Virus record (IMG/VR): IMGVR_UViG_3300030397_000890
Span: 1-47,646 of that record
From: a virus
Lineage: Duplodnaviria > Caudoviricetes
Length of the DNA: 47,646 nucleotides
Strand: one strand, 5' to 3'
This document shows, in pieces, positions 1-8,589 of the stretch. A program made the translations under genes and the position numbers. Each line of letters opens with the position of its first letter. Position 1 is the first letter of the stretch. The notes beneath the pieces were generated by a model. That model saw nothing but the letters and a program-made list of their open reading frames with translations. It did not search any database and was not told the origin of the DNA.

Positions 1-761
1 TTGAGCCTTTGCTTGGAATGAAAAATGCTGAGCTTTCCTATAGGGCCAGATGTTCTGGTGTGTCAAATAAACTAATAAATGTGTTTATATCGCTTGGTCT
101 TAAGGAGAGTCATGAACGTGCTAACGTAACTGCGGCTAAGCTGAAGAAATTGCGTATCGGAAGTGGGAATTTGTCGCTTAAGCAAATAGAGCAAATGCGG
201 GTAATGGATTATGTTGCATATGAAGCAGTTCCTACAAACTCAGTCTTATATAAATGCTTAGTAAAAGTAGCTTCTGATGTTGAGGGCATGACAGTTAAGC
301 GTCTGACTCGATTGTCATTTAATGAACTTAGAATGAAACTGCAAAATAATTCTCATGCTTCAAAAATAAGAAAGTGGTTATCTGATAAAGAGTTGATAGC
401 CTTGCATAATACTGTTGGAAAAAAACGTAATGTTGTCGGTATCAGTCAAGCCAATAAGTCTAAAAGTAGAGTCTACAAAGACCAACCAACTAAGAGTGAT
501 TCAATAAAAGAAGTGAAAGATATCGCAAACGAGCAAAGGCTTTTGAAGATCTTTAAACAAATAGACAAAGCACAGAAAGATACAAAGAAGCAAGAAGAGA
601 CATTAGAGGAAATGCGTGGAATGCAATATAGCCAGCAACGCGATTTGGATGACTTAGAACGTGATATTAGGACTTGTAAGAATCTTATGCTGTTCACACT
701 AACAATAGCCATAGTTACAGCTTTATATTTAATAGTTTCTAATTTGACAGGCTTAGTTTAA
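1..761 (+). CDS. Hypothetical protein with C-terminal coiled coil and TM anchor; probably starts at 47595 across the window junction
   Basis: Open frame from position 3 (gag cct ttg); helical segment KQIDKAQKDTKKQEETLEEM...LDDLERDI, then hydrophobic LMLFTLTIAIVTALYLIV. Confidence 0.75.
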   Translation, partial: EPLLGMKNAELSYRARCSGVSNKLINVFISLGLKESHERANVTAAKLKKLRIGSGNLSLKQIEQMRVMDYVAYEAVPTNSVLYKCLVKVASDVEGMTVKRLTRLSFNELRMKLQNNSHASKIRKWLSDKELIALHNTVGKKRNVVGISQANKSKSRVYKDQPTKSDSIKEVKDIANEQRLLKIFKQIDKAQKDTKKQEETLEEMRGMQYSQQRDLDDLERDIRTCKNLMLFTLTIAIVTALYLIVSNLTGLV

Positions 762-770
762 GTTGACAGT

Positions 771-1196
771 GTGAATAAGTATTTACACAAGGCTGATGTA
801 TTGCCATTAATCGATGACTTGCTAAGTCAGATGAGGGCTGCAAATGATTCCATCGATGATGGGCAGCTTATAAAGGCTTCACACCAATTAAGTGTTGTTC
901 AAGTCTTTATACGTGAGATAATATCGCTAGTAAAAGGTAGTAAGAAAAGAAGAAGCATGAACGATAATAATATTAAGACGGTGCCGGAGATAAACGTAAT
1001 CGTAGGTAAGAATATACAGTACTACCGTAAAGCTATAGGCATGACACAAACACAGCTTGGTGAGGCGCTTGGTATTGTTCATCAGCAAGTGTGTAAATAT
1101 GAGAAGGGAACAAGTAGTATCACTGCAGTAAGACTGTTAGACATAGCACGGTTATTTGGTGTGCAACTAGAAGATTTTTACAAGGACAAACTATAG
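771..1196 (+). CDS. XRE-family HTH transcriptional regulator (C-terminal domain)
   Basis: VGKNIQYYRKAIGMTQTQLGEALGIVHQQVCKYEKG matches the HTH_3 pattern, alphaproteobacterial QQVQKYE type. Confidence 0.85.
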   Translation: MNKYLHKADVLPLIDDLLSQMRAANDSIDDGQLIKASHQLSVVQVFIREIISLVKGSKKRRSMNDNNIKTVPEINVIVGKNIQYYRKAIGMTQTQLGEALGIVHQQVCKYEKGTSSITAVRLLDIARLFGVQLEDFYKDKL

Positions 1197-1255
1197 TACC
1201 ATTGTTGTTGCAATAGTAAGCTAGTTGTCATAAGCTTAAATAAAAAGGTTAGTTT

Positions 1256-1624
1256 ATGATACTTGATCTAATTAAAATTGGCGGCACAATCCTAGACAAG
1301 ATTATCCCAGACCCTGTTGAAAGAGATAAAGCCAAACTTGAATTACTTAAAATGGAAGAAAAGGGCGAATTTAGTCGTCTAAAAATGCAGATGGAGACTA
1401 TCACTGCAGAAGCTAAAGGTGAAAGTTGGATACAACGCAATTGGCGCCCTTTAACTATGCTAACTTTTGTTATATTAGTAGTAGCCAAATGGTTGGGACT
1501 TACAGCACCTGATATAACTGCCGAACTAGAAATGAAGATACTTGAAATTATTCAAATTGGACTTGGTGGTTATATTGTCTCCCGCGGTGTAGAAAAAAGT
1601 ATCAAAGAGTGGAAAAATAAATAG
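1256..1624 (+). CDS. Holin, 3-TM GTA-type family
   Basis: ILDKIIPDP...AEAKGESWIQRNWRP...GLGGYIVSRGVEK is characteristic of the gene-transfer-agent 3TM holin family. Confidence 0.8.
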   Translation: MILDLIKIGGTILDKIIPDPVERDKAKLELLKMEEKGEFSRLKMQMETITAEAKGESWIQRNWRPLTMLTFVILVVAKWLGLTAPDITAELEMKILEIIQIGLGGYIVSRGVEKSIKEWKNK

Positions 1625-1640
1625 CATATGGAAACATAAA

Positions 1641-2048
1641 ATGCACTTTTGGAAGATCATATTAGCAGTATGGGCTGTATTCCTTATACTTATTGCTTTT
1701 TTCGCATACTCAAGTACTAAGCATCAAATGCATAATCGTATGTCGTGTATCAATAATCGTTTTTATGTTCAACAATTGCGCATTGATGAAGCGCGTGAGA
1801 AATGTTCTGGATTCATTAACAACCGTATTGAAGGCAATATACGCTGGAAAGAAAACATTAATTATCGTGCAAAGCATATATGCTACTTTGTAAATAAAAA
1901 AGATATAATGGTATATCAAAATAGCGATCTTGAAATAGAAGACAAAGAGGGAAATTGGCACACATACACTTATGCATGCCATTATAATTATAAACTAAGG
2001 AAGCCAACATTTATCGATTTAGACCGTAAAGAAGAGAATATATATTAA
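1641..2048 (+). CDS. Hypothetical membrane-anchored/secreted protein
   Basis: N-terminal hydrophobic stretch IILAVWAVFLILIAFFAY; four Cys. Confidence 0.7.
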   Translation: MHFWKIILAVWAVFLILIAFFAYSSTKHQMHNRMSCINNRFYVQQLRIDEAREKCSGFINNRIEGNIRWKENINYRAKHICYFVNKKDIMVYQNSDLEIEDKEGNWHTYTYACHYNYKLRKPTFIDLDRKEENIY

Positions 2049-2416
2049 AGAAGTCCAGCTTTTTCATACTCATGCTTCAATACACTAAGATTGCGCATCT
2101 TGCTTCTTTTCTCTTTTTCAAAAACCATAGTCAGGTAATGTATAATCTCCCATTCGCTAGTGCACTTTATAGCAAATTCAAGTAAACTGCCACTTACACC
2201 AAATGCTGCCTTTAAAGTAATCTGCTCTTCCATCCATATTTCAGATGTTTCCCATTTAATGACGCTATCGCGTGAGCAAATAATTAAATTGCCATAGATA
2301 TTATACTTATCCGCATAATATTCGGCATATTTTTTTATATGTTTACCAGGTTCACAATCTAAGTGATGCATTGTTTGTATCAGTCCCCCTAAATAGGGGC
2401 TTATTCTAACCTCCAT
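2045..2416 (-). CDS. Hypothetical protein
   Basis: 123 aa ORF, overlapping in a tight leftward operon. Confidence 0.65.
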   Translation of the reverse strand: MEVRISPYLGGLIQTMHHLDCEPGKHIKKYAEYYADKYNIYGNLIICSRDSVIKWETSEIWMEEQITLKAAFGVSGSLLEFAIKCTSEWEIIHYLTMVFEKEKRSKMRNLSVLKHEYEKAGLL

Positions 2417-2708
2417 CTTTTTTCCTCAATTCTACTAATCGGTTATAACAAATTTCAATGGCCTTATATACTTCAGGCAATGTCTCTCTCCCATAATCTT
2501 CATCTCCATCGTTTCCACTCTCCAATACGATAGCAACAAAGCGTGATAGAACGTCCAGTGTAATAGTTCCACATTGCCATGCAGGCACTTCGTTGTTATT
2601 ACAGTTAGTAACAAAGGTTCCAATGGCACTTTTAAGCTTACTGTGTAACAACTCAGCATCTTCAGCTAATTCTGGGGTTAGCTCAATGGCCTGATGTTCA
2701 TCAGTCAT
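2406..2708 (-). CDS. Hypothetical protein (start refined to MTDEHQ)
   Basis: ATG at 2708 overlaps the end of the upstream gene; GAGG upstream. Confidence 0.7.
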   Translation of the reverse strand: MTDEHQAIELTPELAEDAELLHSKLKSAIGTFVTNCNNNEVPAWQCGTITLDVLSRFVAIVLESGNDGDEDYGRETLPEVYKAIEICYNRLVELRKKDGG

Positions 2709-2979
2709 CTTTGACCTCATCAGCATTCAGATTGCTAATAATTCCATCAAAGACCTGAACAATGAACCCATCCATGTCAAATAGCTTAGATTGCTTTATA
2801 TACTTAAAGCTATTTACAAGCATTAAAGCTTGGGCTTCTACTAAGGCGCATATCTCTTTTACACCTTCATCTTCATCATGTGATAACATCATCTCCATTG
2901 TAGCCTTATGATAACGTTCATAATATTGCAAGGTAAGTTCATAAATAGCTTGTTTCATTTCTTCATATGATTGTTCCAT
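2701..2979 (-). CDS. Hypothetical protein (start refined to MEQSYEE)
   Basis: AAGGAG RBS directly upstream of ATG 2979. Confidence 0.7.
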   Translation of the reverse strand: MEQSYEEMKQAIYELTLQYYERYHKATMEMMLSHDEDEGVKEICALVEAQALMLVNSFKYIKQSKLFDMDGFIVQVFDGIISNLNADEVKDD

Positions 2980-2981
2980 CG

Positions 2982-3200
2982 TTACTCCTTTATTAGGTCT
3001 GTTGTAGGTTTCCAAGAACTTATTCTTTTAGTTGCATCCTTATAAATAGTGGTAGCTTCATCTAAAAAGTCTACAAAACTCTCACTTGTTTCAGCTCTAT
3101 TAAAGCCATTCCTGAAAGCACATCCTGTTTCTTCCATAGCCTAAGTCAAATTTCTCATTTTTGCATTTACAATTTGCATAAAATATTCTTTAGTCATCAT
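2982..3200 (-). pseudogene. Small ORF (72 codons) interrupted by one in-frame TAG at 3141-3143
   Basis: MMTKEYFMQIVNAKMRNLT*AMEETGCAFRNG...DLIKE*; fills the operon gap exactly, overlaps the ankyrin gene end, GAGG RBS. Confidence 0.5.
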
Positions 3201-4149
3201 TTCGTACTTCCTCAATCTTTAATTGTTTTGCGATTAATTTTTGGGTTACTCTTTGGGCAATTTCTTCTATTTCAACTTCTCTAAGGATTTGTTCTTCGAT
3301 AATTTGTTTTATTTCATCGAAACGGCAGTATCTCGCAAATTTCAACCATTTATCTTTGTCTTGATAAAGGTCGATTCCATTTGCCAATAGAAGCCTTACT
3401 ATAGGTGAATATGAATCAACATCGATGTAACCAAAGTCATCATAAGAACGGCGTGCGTCTGAAATTGTTCTTTCCAGAGCATAACCATTGTCAGAATTTA
3501 CGTCTGCACCTTTTGTAATTAAAAACTCAACAGCTTCTATATGCCCATTGCCGCATGCGTACGCTAAAGCTTTGTCCATGTCTTCTTGTGTAAACTCGTG
3601 TTTATCCAAAAGGTCTATCATTAAGTCTACTTGATTAGCAAGGGCAGCCTTCTCTAGAACTTTATAGTCGGCAGCGAATATATCTATGCCGTTTTCAATT
3701 AGAAATTCTAAGTGATAATATCTATCTGACTTAACTGCCTTGTCTAAAAAATAGGTTGCATATTCATTAATATCAACGCCTCGTTTAATAAGGCACTCAG
3801 CAACATTTAAACTTCCATATGTAATAGCTACTTTTATTGGCAAGTTTCCCGAAAAGGATAAATCAGCGCCATTCCTGAGTAAGTAAGCTGCAACCCATCT
3901 CTGATCAAATTCGGCAGCTACAAGTAAGGCCTTATTCACATCCGTGCCATGATCAATCAAGCGATCTAATATTTTATCTTTCTCCCTCACTTTCCAATCC
4001 ATAACATCTTCAAGTGCACAATTTGGGTCAGCACCTTTTGCTAACGCCTCATCAATACCTTCCAAGTCCGCCTTTTTAACACAAGCAATCAAGTCAACGT
4101 TATATTGCTTCTGCTTTTTCTCCTTTATCTTCCTAAACCAGTTCATCAT
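3190..4149 (-). CDS. Ankyrin-repeat protein
   Basis: Repeated ankyrin-like units: ALAKGADPN, YLLRNGADL, CLIKRGVDIN, FLIENGIDI, ALAYACGNGHIEAVEFLITKGADVN, LLLANGID. Confidence 0.9.
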   Translation of the reverse strand: MMNWFRKIKEKKQKQYNVDLIACVKKADLEGIDEALAKGADPNCALEDVMDWKVREKDKILDRLIDHGTDVNKALLVAAEFDQRWVAAYLLRNGADLSFSGNLPIKVAITYGSLNVAECLIKRGVDINEYATYFLDKAVKSDRYYHLEFLIENGIDIFAADYKVLEKAALANQVDLMIDLLDKHEFTQEDMDKALAYACGNGHIEAVEFLITKGADVNSDNGYALERTISDARRSYDDFGYIDVDSYSPIVRLLLANGIDLYQDKDKWLKFARYCRFDEIKQIIEEQILREVEIEEIAQRVTQKLIAKQLKIEEVRNDD

Positions 4150-4160
4150 TTATCATCATG

Positions 4161-4310
4161 TTAACTGTATTTCTTATCAAGCATATGTTGCTGTACTTCA
4201 AAGTACTCATATATACGCACCATAATACGTAAACGCCAATCGTCATAACTCATTGTTGAACTGTTTATCTTGTCGTGCAGTTTGTTTAATCTTTCTTGGC
4301 TAATAGTCAT
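4161..4310 (-). CDS. Small hypothetical protein, 49 aa (not in ORF track)
   Basis: MTISQERLNKLHDKINSS...MLDKKYS*; GGAGG RBS upstream. Confidence 0.65.
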   Translation of the reverse strand: MTISQERLNKLHDKINSSTMSYDDWRLRIMVRIYEYFEVQQHMLDKKYS

Positions 4311-4331
4311 TGTGTTTCCTCCAGTTGGTAA

Positions 4332-4568
4332 TTAGCAAAAGCCTTGCAATTGATCGTAACACCTATCAACTAACTCATCGTATATAGAGTTCCATACTTT
4401 TTTCTGATGGATGTACTTTAAGCCCTCTTCGCTTTCGCAAAAAATGCCGTAAACATCAATCTCAATCTCAACATCAAATGTAAAGGGAATCTCATATTCA
4501 TAGATAACACTGTTACCCTCAGAATCTTCAATCTCTATTAGATAATCTATATGCATTGGTTGGCTCAT
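4332..4568 (-). CDS. Acidic hypothetical protein (start may be 4556)
   Basis: First gene downstream of a leftward promoter; leader motif shared with 43065 and 45663. Confidence 0.7.
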   Translation of the reverse strand: MSQPMHIDYLIEIEDSEGNSVIYEYEIPFTFDVEIEIDVYGIFCESEEGLKYIHQKKVWNSIYDELVDRCYDQLQGFC

Positions 4569-4587
4569 TTATTTAGGTTATATAACC

Positions 4588-4616
4588 AATTTATCCCACC
4601 TAAATTATATTGTCAA
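4588..4616 (-). promoter_or_regulatory. Sigma70-type promoter for leftward operon
   Basis: TTGACA (4616-4611)-17 bp-TAAATT (4593-4588). Confidence 0.6.
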
Positions 4617-4758
4617 TAATATAGTTAGTAATTAGATGAAAAAATATCATTTAATATGTAGTTGAAATTGTTGTAGTATTTGACTACCCTTATTGATGGG
4701 CAACTATTCATCCTCCAGATACGTACGGTTGCCCACTATAAACTATAGAAGGGGTAAT

Positions 4759-5157
4759 ATGGCTTTAGAGAAATATAAGTTAAATGGAGAGGACATACAA
4801 AAGCTGGTTTCATATGGATGTAGCATTGTCGAAATAGGTGATTACTTTGGATGTCATGAAACGTTAATACACAAGAAGTATTCAGAATTCATTAAAAAAG
4901 GACGAAGCGACCAGAAGATTAAGCTACGTAAGCTACAATGGGAAGCTGCTAAAAAAGGCAATATTACAATGCTTATTTGGCTAGGCAAGCAGATACTTGG
5001 TCAAAAGGAAAAGGTAGAAACTGAGACGAAGAATGTCAACATTGATGCTAAGGATGATCCAGATATTAAAAAGGATATGATGGATTGGGCAAAGGCCTTT
5101 GTTAAACAAGATAAGAAAGAAAAGAAAAAGGAAGAGACAAAGGTAGATGGCAAATAA
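4759..5157 (+). CDS. Putative terminase small subunit (HTH)
   Basis: GCSIVEIGDYFGCHETLI HTH, then LRKLQWEAAKKGNITMLIWLGKQILGQ, a motif typical of phage TerS-like proteins; GGGGT RBS before ATG 4759. Confidence 0.6.
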   Translation: MALEKYKLNGEDIQKLVSYGCSIVEIGDYFGCHETLIHKKYSEFIKKGRSDQKIKLRKLQWEAAKKGNITMLIWLGKQILGQKEKVETETKNVNIDAKDDPDIKKDMMDWAKAFVKQDKKEKKKEETKVDGK

Positions 5158-5416
5158 GTATGATACCGCAGTAGATAGACTAGAACTTGCTAAGATGCTA
5201 GTTTATTCATTTCGGTATTGTATTAAAAGAACCGGTTACGTTGTAGTAGATTGCGCTAATATGCTAGAAGTATATTGGGATGATATACCTAAGCCATGGA
5301 GGGCGTTAATTAAAAGAGAGATCAATCATGCTTTTGATGACTACGCTATTAACAACAGGCAGGATAAAGACCAGTGGCAACGTGTATTAAAATATGGCTG
5401 TGAACATGAAAATTGA
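5147..5416 (+). CDS. Conserved phage hypothetical protein
   Basis: SFRYCIKRTGYVV...C...W..I pattern; overlaps the upstream stop. Confidence 0.7.
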   Translation: MANKYDTAVDRLELAKMLVYSFRYCIKRTGYVVVDCANMLEVYWDDIPKPWRALIKREINHAFDDYAINNRQDKDQWQRVLKYGCEHEN

Positions 5417-5429
5417 TGAGGGAAACGAC

Positions 5430-5651
5430 ATGAACATTAATGTGCACTTTGATATGCAGGATGAAGGCGATAAAGGGTTGGTACGTATTTATGCCCAGGC
5501 TCAAGGCATGTATGTTGTATTAAATAGAGTAAGTACTTATTTAAGTATGCTTAAGAAGCATGGAGATTTGGACGGTGAATGTCTAATGTTATTAAACGAT
5601 ATTACAAAATCATTCGAACGTGAGCTAGACGCATACAAGGTTAAGCTGTGA
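5430..5651 (+). CDS. Hypothetical protein, apparent paralog of 44517..44750
   Basis: GAGGG RBS before ATG 5430; visual similarity to the 44750 protein. Confidence 0.65.
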   Translation: MNINVHFDMQDEGDKGLVRIYAQAQGMYVVLNRVSTYLSMLKKHGDLDGECLMLLNDITKSFERELDAYKVKL

Positions 5652-5854
5652 TCGGTATAATGCCTGAATTTGTGTTAAAATGTTTTGTTTGGGCTTTGTT
5701 TACAATTGCCATTATTGTTGGCTGCGTTGTACTTACGATTGCCTTTGCTATCACAATTCTATATTGCACTATCTTTCTTATATTTGAAATATTACACCCA
5801 CAAACATGGAATAAACGCAAACAGAATGAATATACTTGGTTTAATGAGCCATGA
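5648..5854 (+). CDS. Small membrane protein
   Basis: ~40-residue hydrophobic stretch; GTGA overlap with the upstream gene. Confidence 0.55.
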   Translation: MIGIMPEFVLKCFVWALFTIAIIVGCVVLTIAFAITILYCTIFLIFEILHPQTWNKRKQNEYTWFNEP

Positions 5855-5860
5855 CGGTTG

Positions 5861-5930
5861 CTAAAAAAATGGTTGTGCTTGGAGTTTAGATAGTTAATAA
5901 TGCTTATAGGTACGTCGTCATAATAGGCCG
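5861..5930 (+). promoter_or_regulatory. Conserved late-operon promoter/leader, copy 1
   Basis: Blocks CTAAAAAA..GTTGTRCT..GTTAATAATGCT..GGTACGT..TCATA..GGnCG shared with 27411-27479, with near-identical spacing. Confidence 0.7.
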
Positions 5931-5948
5931 AACTATTATGGCATTGAT

Positions 5949-7166
5949 ATGATTGCAGGACAAGATAAGCAAGATACTGAGCAAATAGAAAAACAAAATC
6001 ATGTGGGGTCAAATGGCCAATTTGATGACGTACCAGTTATTCAAGAAAACCGACCCCATATGGTTGCCACTAAGGCAACCGAAAACTTTCATGTATGTGA
6101 ATTTAAGCAAGAATCCATTAACGATGATGGAACTTTCTCAGGGTATGCATCTGTATTCGATAATATTGACTTAGATGGTGATGTTATCGAGCGTGGCGCC
6201 TTTAGAAAGTCACTTGAGACGGGAAAGAAAATAAGACTTCTTTCACAGCATGATCGTAAAGAAGTATTAGGTGTTATTACTAACGCATTTGAAGATGAAA
6301 GAGGTCTTTTTGTTGAAGGTAAGTTGACACTAGAAGTTCAAAAGGCGCGTGAGATGCGCGCCCTTTTGAAAGATGGCGCAATAGATAGTTTTTCTATTGG
6401 CTTTGCAATTAAAGAAGATACTTATGATCGTGACAACAATGTTCGTATAATCAAGCAAATTGATTTGTTCGAAGTGTCATTTGTTACATTCCCTGCTAAT
6501 CCAGCAGCCAATGTAACAAGCATTAAGGAAGAAAAGACAGTTAGTGGATTCCAGGCTAACTTGCCAATTGCTAGTAGGGAAACAGAATGGGATTCTGAAG
6601 CTGCTATTGCACGAGTCCGCAATTTCACAGGTAGTGAGGACTCACCTAGCACTGCTTATCGTCGTGCTTTCTTATGGTTTGATGGTAGTGCACCCGAAAA
6701 CTTCGGTAGTTATAAATTGCCGTTTGTTGATGTTATTAATGATGAGCTAACAGTTATCCCTCGAGCGCTTAATGCAGCTAATGCGGCCTTAGGTGGTGCG
6801 CGTGGTGGGGTTGATATCCCTGAAGCAGATAAAAGTAGAATTAGGGCTAACATTGAGCGCTATCGTGCAATGCTCGAAGAAGATTCAGCTGATAAGCCTA
6901 GAAAGCCAAAGTCAGCAGAAGAGCTAGAGTCTGTAAAAGATGTAGAGCGCTTTTTGCGTGCCAAAGGCTTGAGCAGAAACGAGTCTGAGATTGTTATCTC
7001 TAAGATTACACAGATCAAGCAGGGTGATCCTGTGGAGGAAGACGCAACAGAAGATCAGGGTGAGCCTGAGAGTGAAGATGTGTCTAAACATTTCGTTGAG
7101 TTAATCAACGACATGAAAACTTACCATATGTTAAATCAATTAAAAAAGGAAATCAGTAATGTCTGA
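5949..7166 (+). CDS. HK97-family prohead protease with extra C-terminal domain
   Basis: GTFSGYASVFDNIDLDGDVIERGAF, LLSQHD (catalytic His), FSIGF (catalytic Ser), LFEVSFVTFPAN. Confidence 0.93.
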   Translation: MIAGQDKQDTEQIEKQNHVGSNGQFDDVPVIQENRPHMVATKATENFHVCEFKQESINDDGTFSGYASVFDNIDLDGDVIERGAFRKSLETGKKIRLLSQHDRKEVLGVITNAFEDERGLFVEGKLTLEVQKAREMRALLKDGAIDSFSIGFAIKEDTYDRDNNVRIIKQIDLFEVSFVTFPANPAANVTSIKEEKTVSGFQANLPIASRETEWDSEAAIARVRNFTGSEDSPSTAYRRAFLWFDGSAPENFGSYKLPFVDVINDELTVIPRALNAANAALGGARGGVDIPEADKSRIRANIERYRAMLEEDSADKPRKPKSAEELESVKDVERFLRAKGLSRNESEIVISKITQIKQGDPVEEDATEDQGEPESEDVSKHFVELINDMKTYHMLNQLKKEISNV

Positions 7167-8535
7167 AGAACTTATTAAAAGTAAAACTGAGGAGTTGGCA
7201 ACTTTGTTCCAAGCTACTCAGGACAAGATTGATGCCGTTGAAAAGAAATATGACGGTCTTGATGTTGATGCTATTAACCGTATGACAGCTAAAGAAGCTG
7301 AAATCGGTGAGCAAATCGAAGTTGTTAAATCTGAGTTAGAAGCTCAGAAGAAGCACGCTGAAGATTTGGAAAAAGCTATGAACCGCCCAGGTGCTGGTGC
7401 TGGTGCTAAAGCTGATGAATTCGCTAAATGGTCTACTGCTATGGCTGGATATATCCGTAAAGGACATGAGCCAAGTGGTGATTTAGTTGAAGAAATGGCA
7501 GTTAAGTACAGCAACGAAGTAGCTGGCTCAGAAGATTCGAACATCATCCGTGAGTTCAAATCTGCTAACCACAGCGGCGAAGGCTTCTATATGCTTTCTA
7601 ACGAAGATAAGCTTGCCCTTAAAACTCTACAAGTTGGCGTAAACCCAGATGGTGGCTACTATGTATTCCCAGAGCGTGCAAACTTCACTGTTGACCGTAA
7701 CTTCGAAACTTCTCCAGTTCGTCGTGTTGCTAACGTAATCCAAGGAACTGCCGAAAGCATCGAAATCGTTATCGATGACAACGAAAACACTTCCGGTGGA
7801 TGGGTTGGTGAAGTTGATAGCCGTGGCGACACAGCTACAGCCCAAATCGGAAAATTGACTATCCATGCTCATGAGCAATTTGCTCAGCCTAAGGCTACTC
7901 AAAAATTCTTAGATGATGCTGCTATCAATGTTGAGCAATGGTTACGCGATAAGACTGATGATATCATCACTCGCACTGAAAATACTGCTTTCGTAAGCGG
8001 TGACGGTTCGCAAAAGCCTAAAGGTTTCTTGAGTTATGATGCTTGGACAACTGCCTCTACTCCAGCTGGGGCTAAAGGGGTTTATGAGCGTGACGCTATT
8101 GAGCAAATCGACTCTGGTACTAGTGGTCAAGTTACTTTTGATGGCCTTGTAACTATGCAGGGTGCTTTGAAAGAAGTTTACCAAGGGCCAGCAGTATTCA
8201 TGCTGCAACGTAGCGTTTGGACTGCTATTCGTTTGTTAAAAGATAATGAAGATCGTCCATTGATCGACTTCAATCTTTTGGCTACAGGTGGTGGTATGAA
8301 CCTTCTTGGTAAGCCAGTTGTGTTTGCTGATGACATGCAAGCTCCTGTCGCTGACAGCCTAAGTGTTGCTTATGGTGACTTCGGACGTGGATACACTATC
8401 TACGATCGTCTTGGTCTTCGCGTTCTTCGTGATCCATACACCGATAAGCCTTTCGTGAAGTTCTACACTACCAAGCGTGTTGGTGGTGCTGTAACTAACT
8501 ACGAAGCTATCAAATTACTTAAGCTTACTGCTTAG
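7159..8535 (+). CDS. Major capsid protein, HK97 fold
   Basis: Coiled-coil delta domain; DGGYYV, AFVSGDGSQKPKGFL, YGDFGRGY, LRDPYTDKPFVKFYTTKRVGG. Confidence 0.95.
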   Translation: MSEELIKSKTEELATLFQATQDKIDAVEKKYDGLDVDAINRMTAKEAEIGEQIEVVKSELEAQKKHAEDLEKAMNRPGAGAGAKADEFAKWSTAMAGYIRKGHEPSGDLVEEMAVKYSNEVAGSEDSNIIREFKSANHSGEGFYMLSNEDKLALKTLQVGVNPDGGYYVFPERANFTVDRNFETSPVRRVANVIQGTAESIEIVIDDNENTSGGWVGEVDSRGDTATAQIGKLTIHAHEQFAQPKATQKFLDDAAINVEQWLRDKTDDIITRTENTAFVSGDGSQKPKGFLSYDAWTTASTPAGAKGVYERDAIEQIDSGTSGQVTFDGLVTMQGALKEVYQGPAVFMLQRSVWTAIRLLKDNEDRPLIDFNLLATGGGMNLLGKPVVFADDMQAPVADSLSVAYGDFGRGYTIYDRLGLRVLRDPYTDKPFVKFYTTKRVGGAVTNYEAIKLLKLTA

Positions 8536-8544
8536 TTTTAATAC

Positions 8545-8568
8545 GGGGGGCGGCATAAGCTGCCCCCC
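8545..8568 (+). terminator. GC-rich hairpin after capsid gene (stabiliser or weak terminator)
   Basis: GGGGGGCGGC-ATAA-GCTGCCCCCC; no U-tract. Confidence 0.55.
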
Positions 8569-8589
8569 ACAATAGAAAGGATAAAGATT

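Noticed and set aside
3141-3143. Amber stop-codon reassignment
   Set aside because: Many core genes end at TAG, and long ORFs are intact in the standard code
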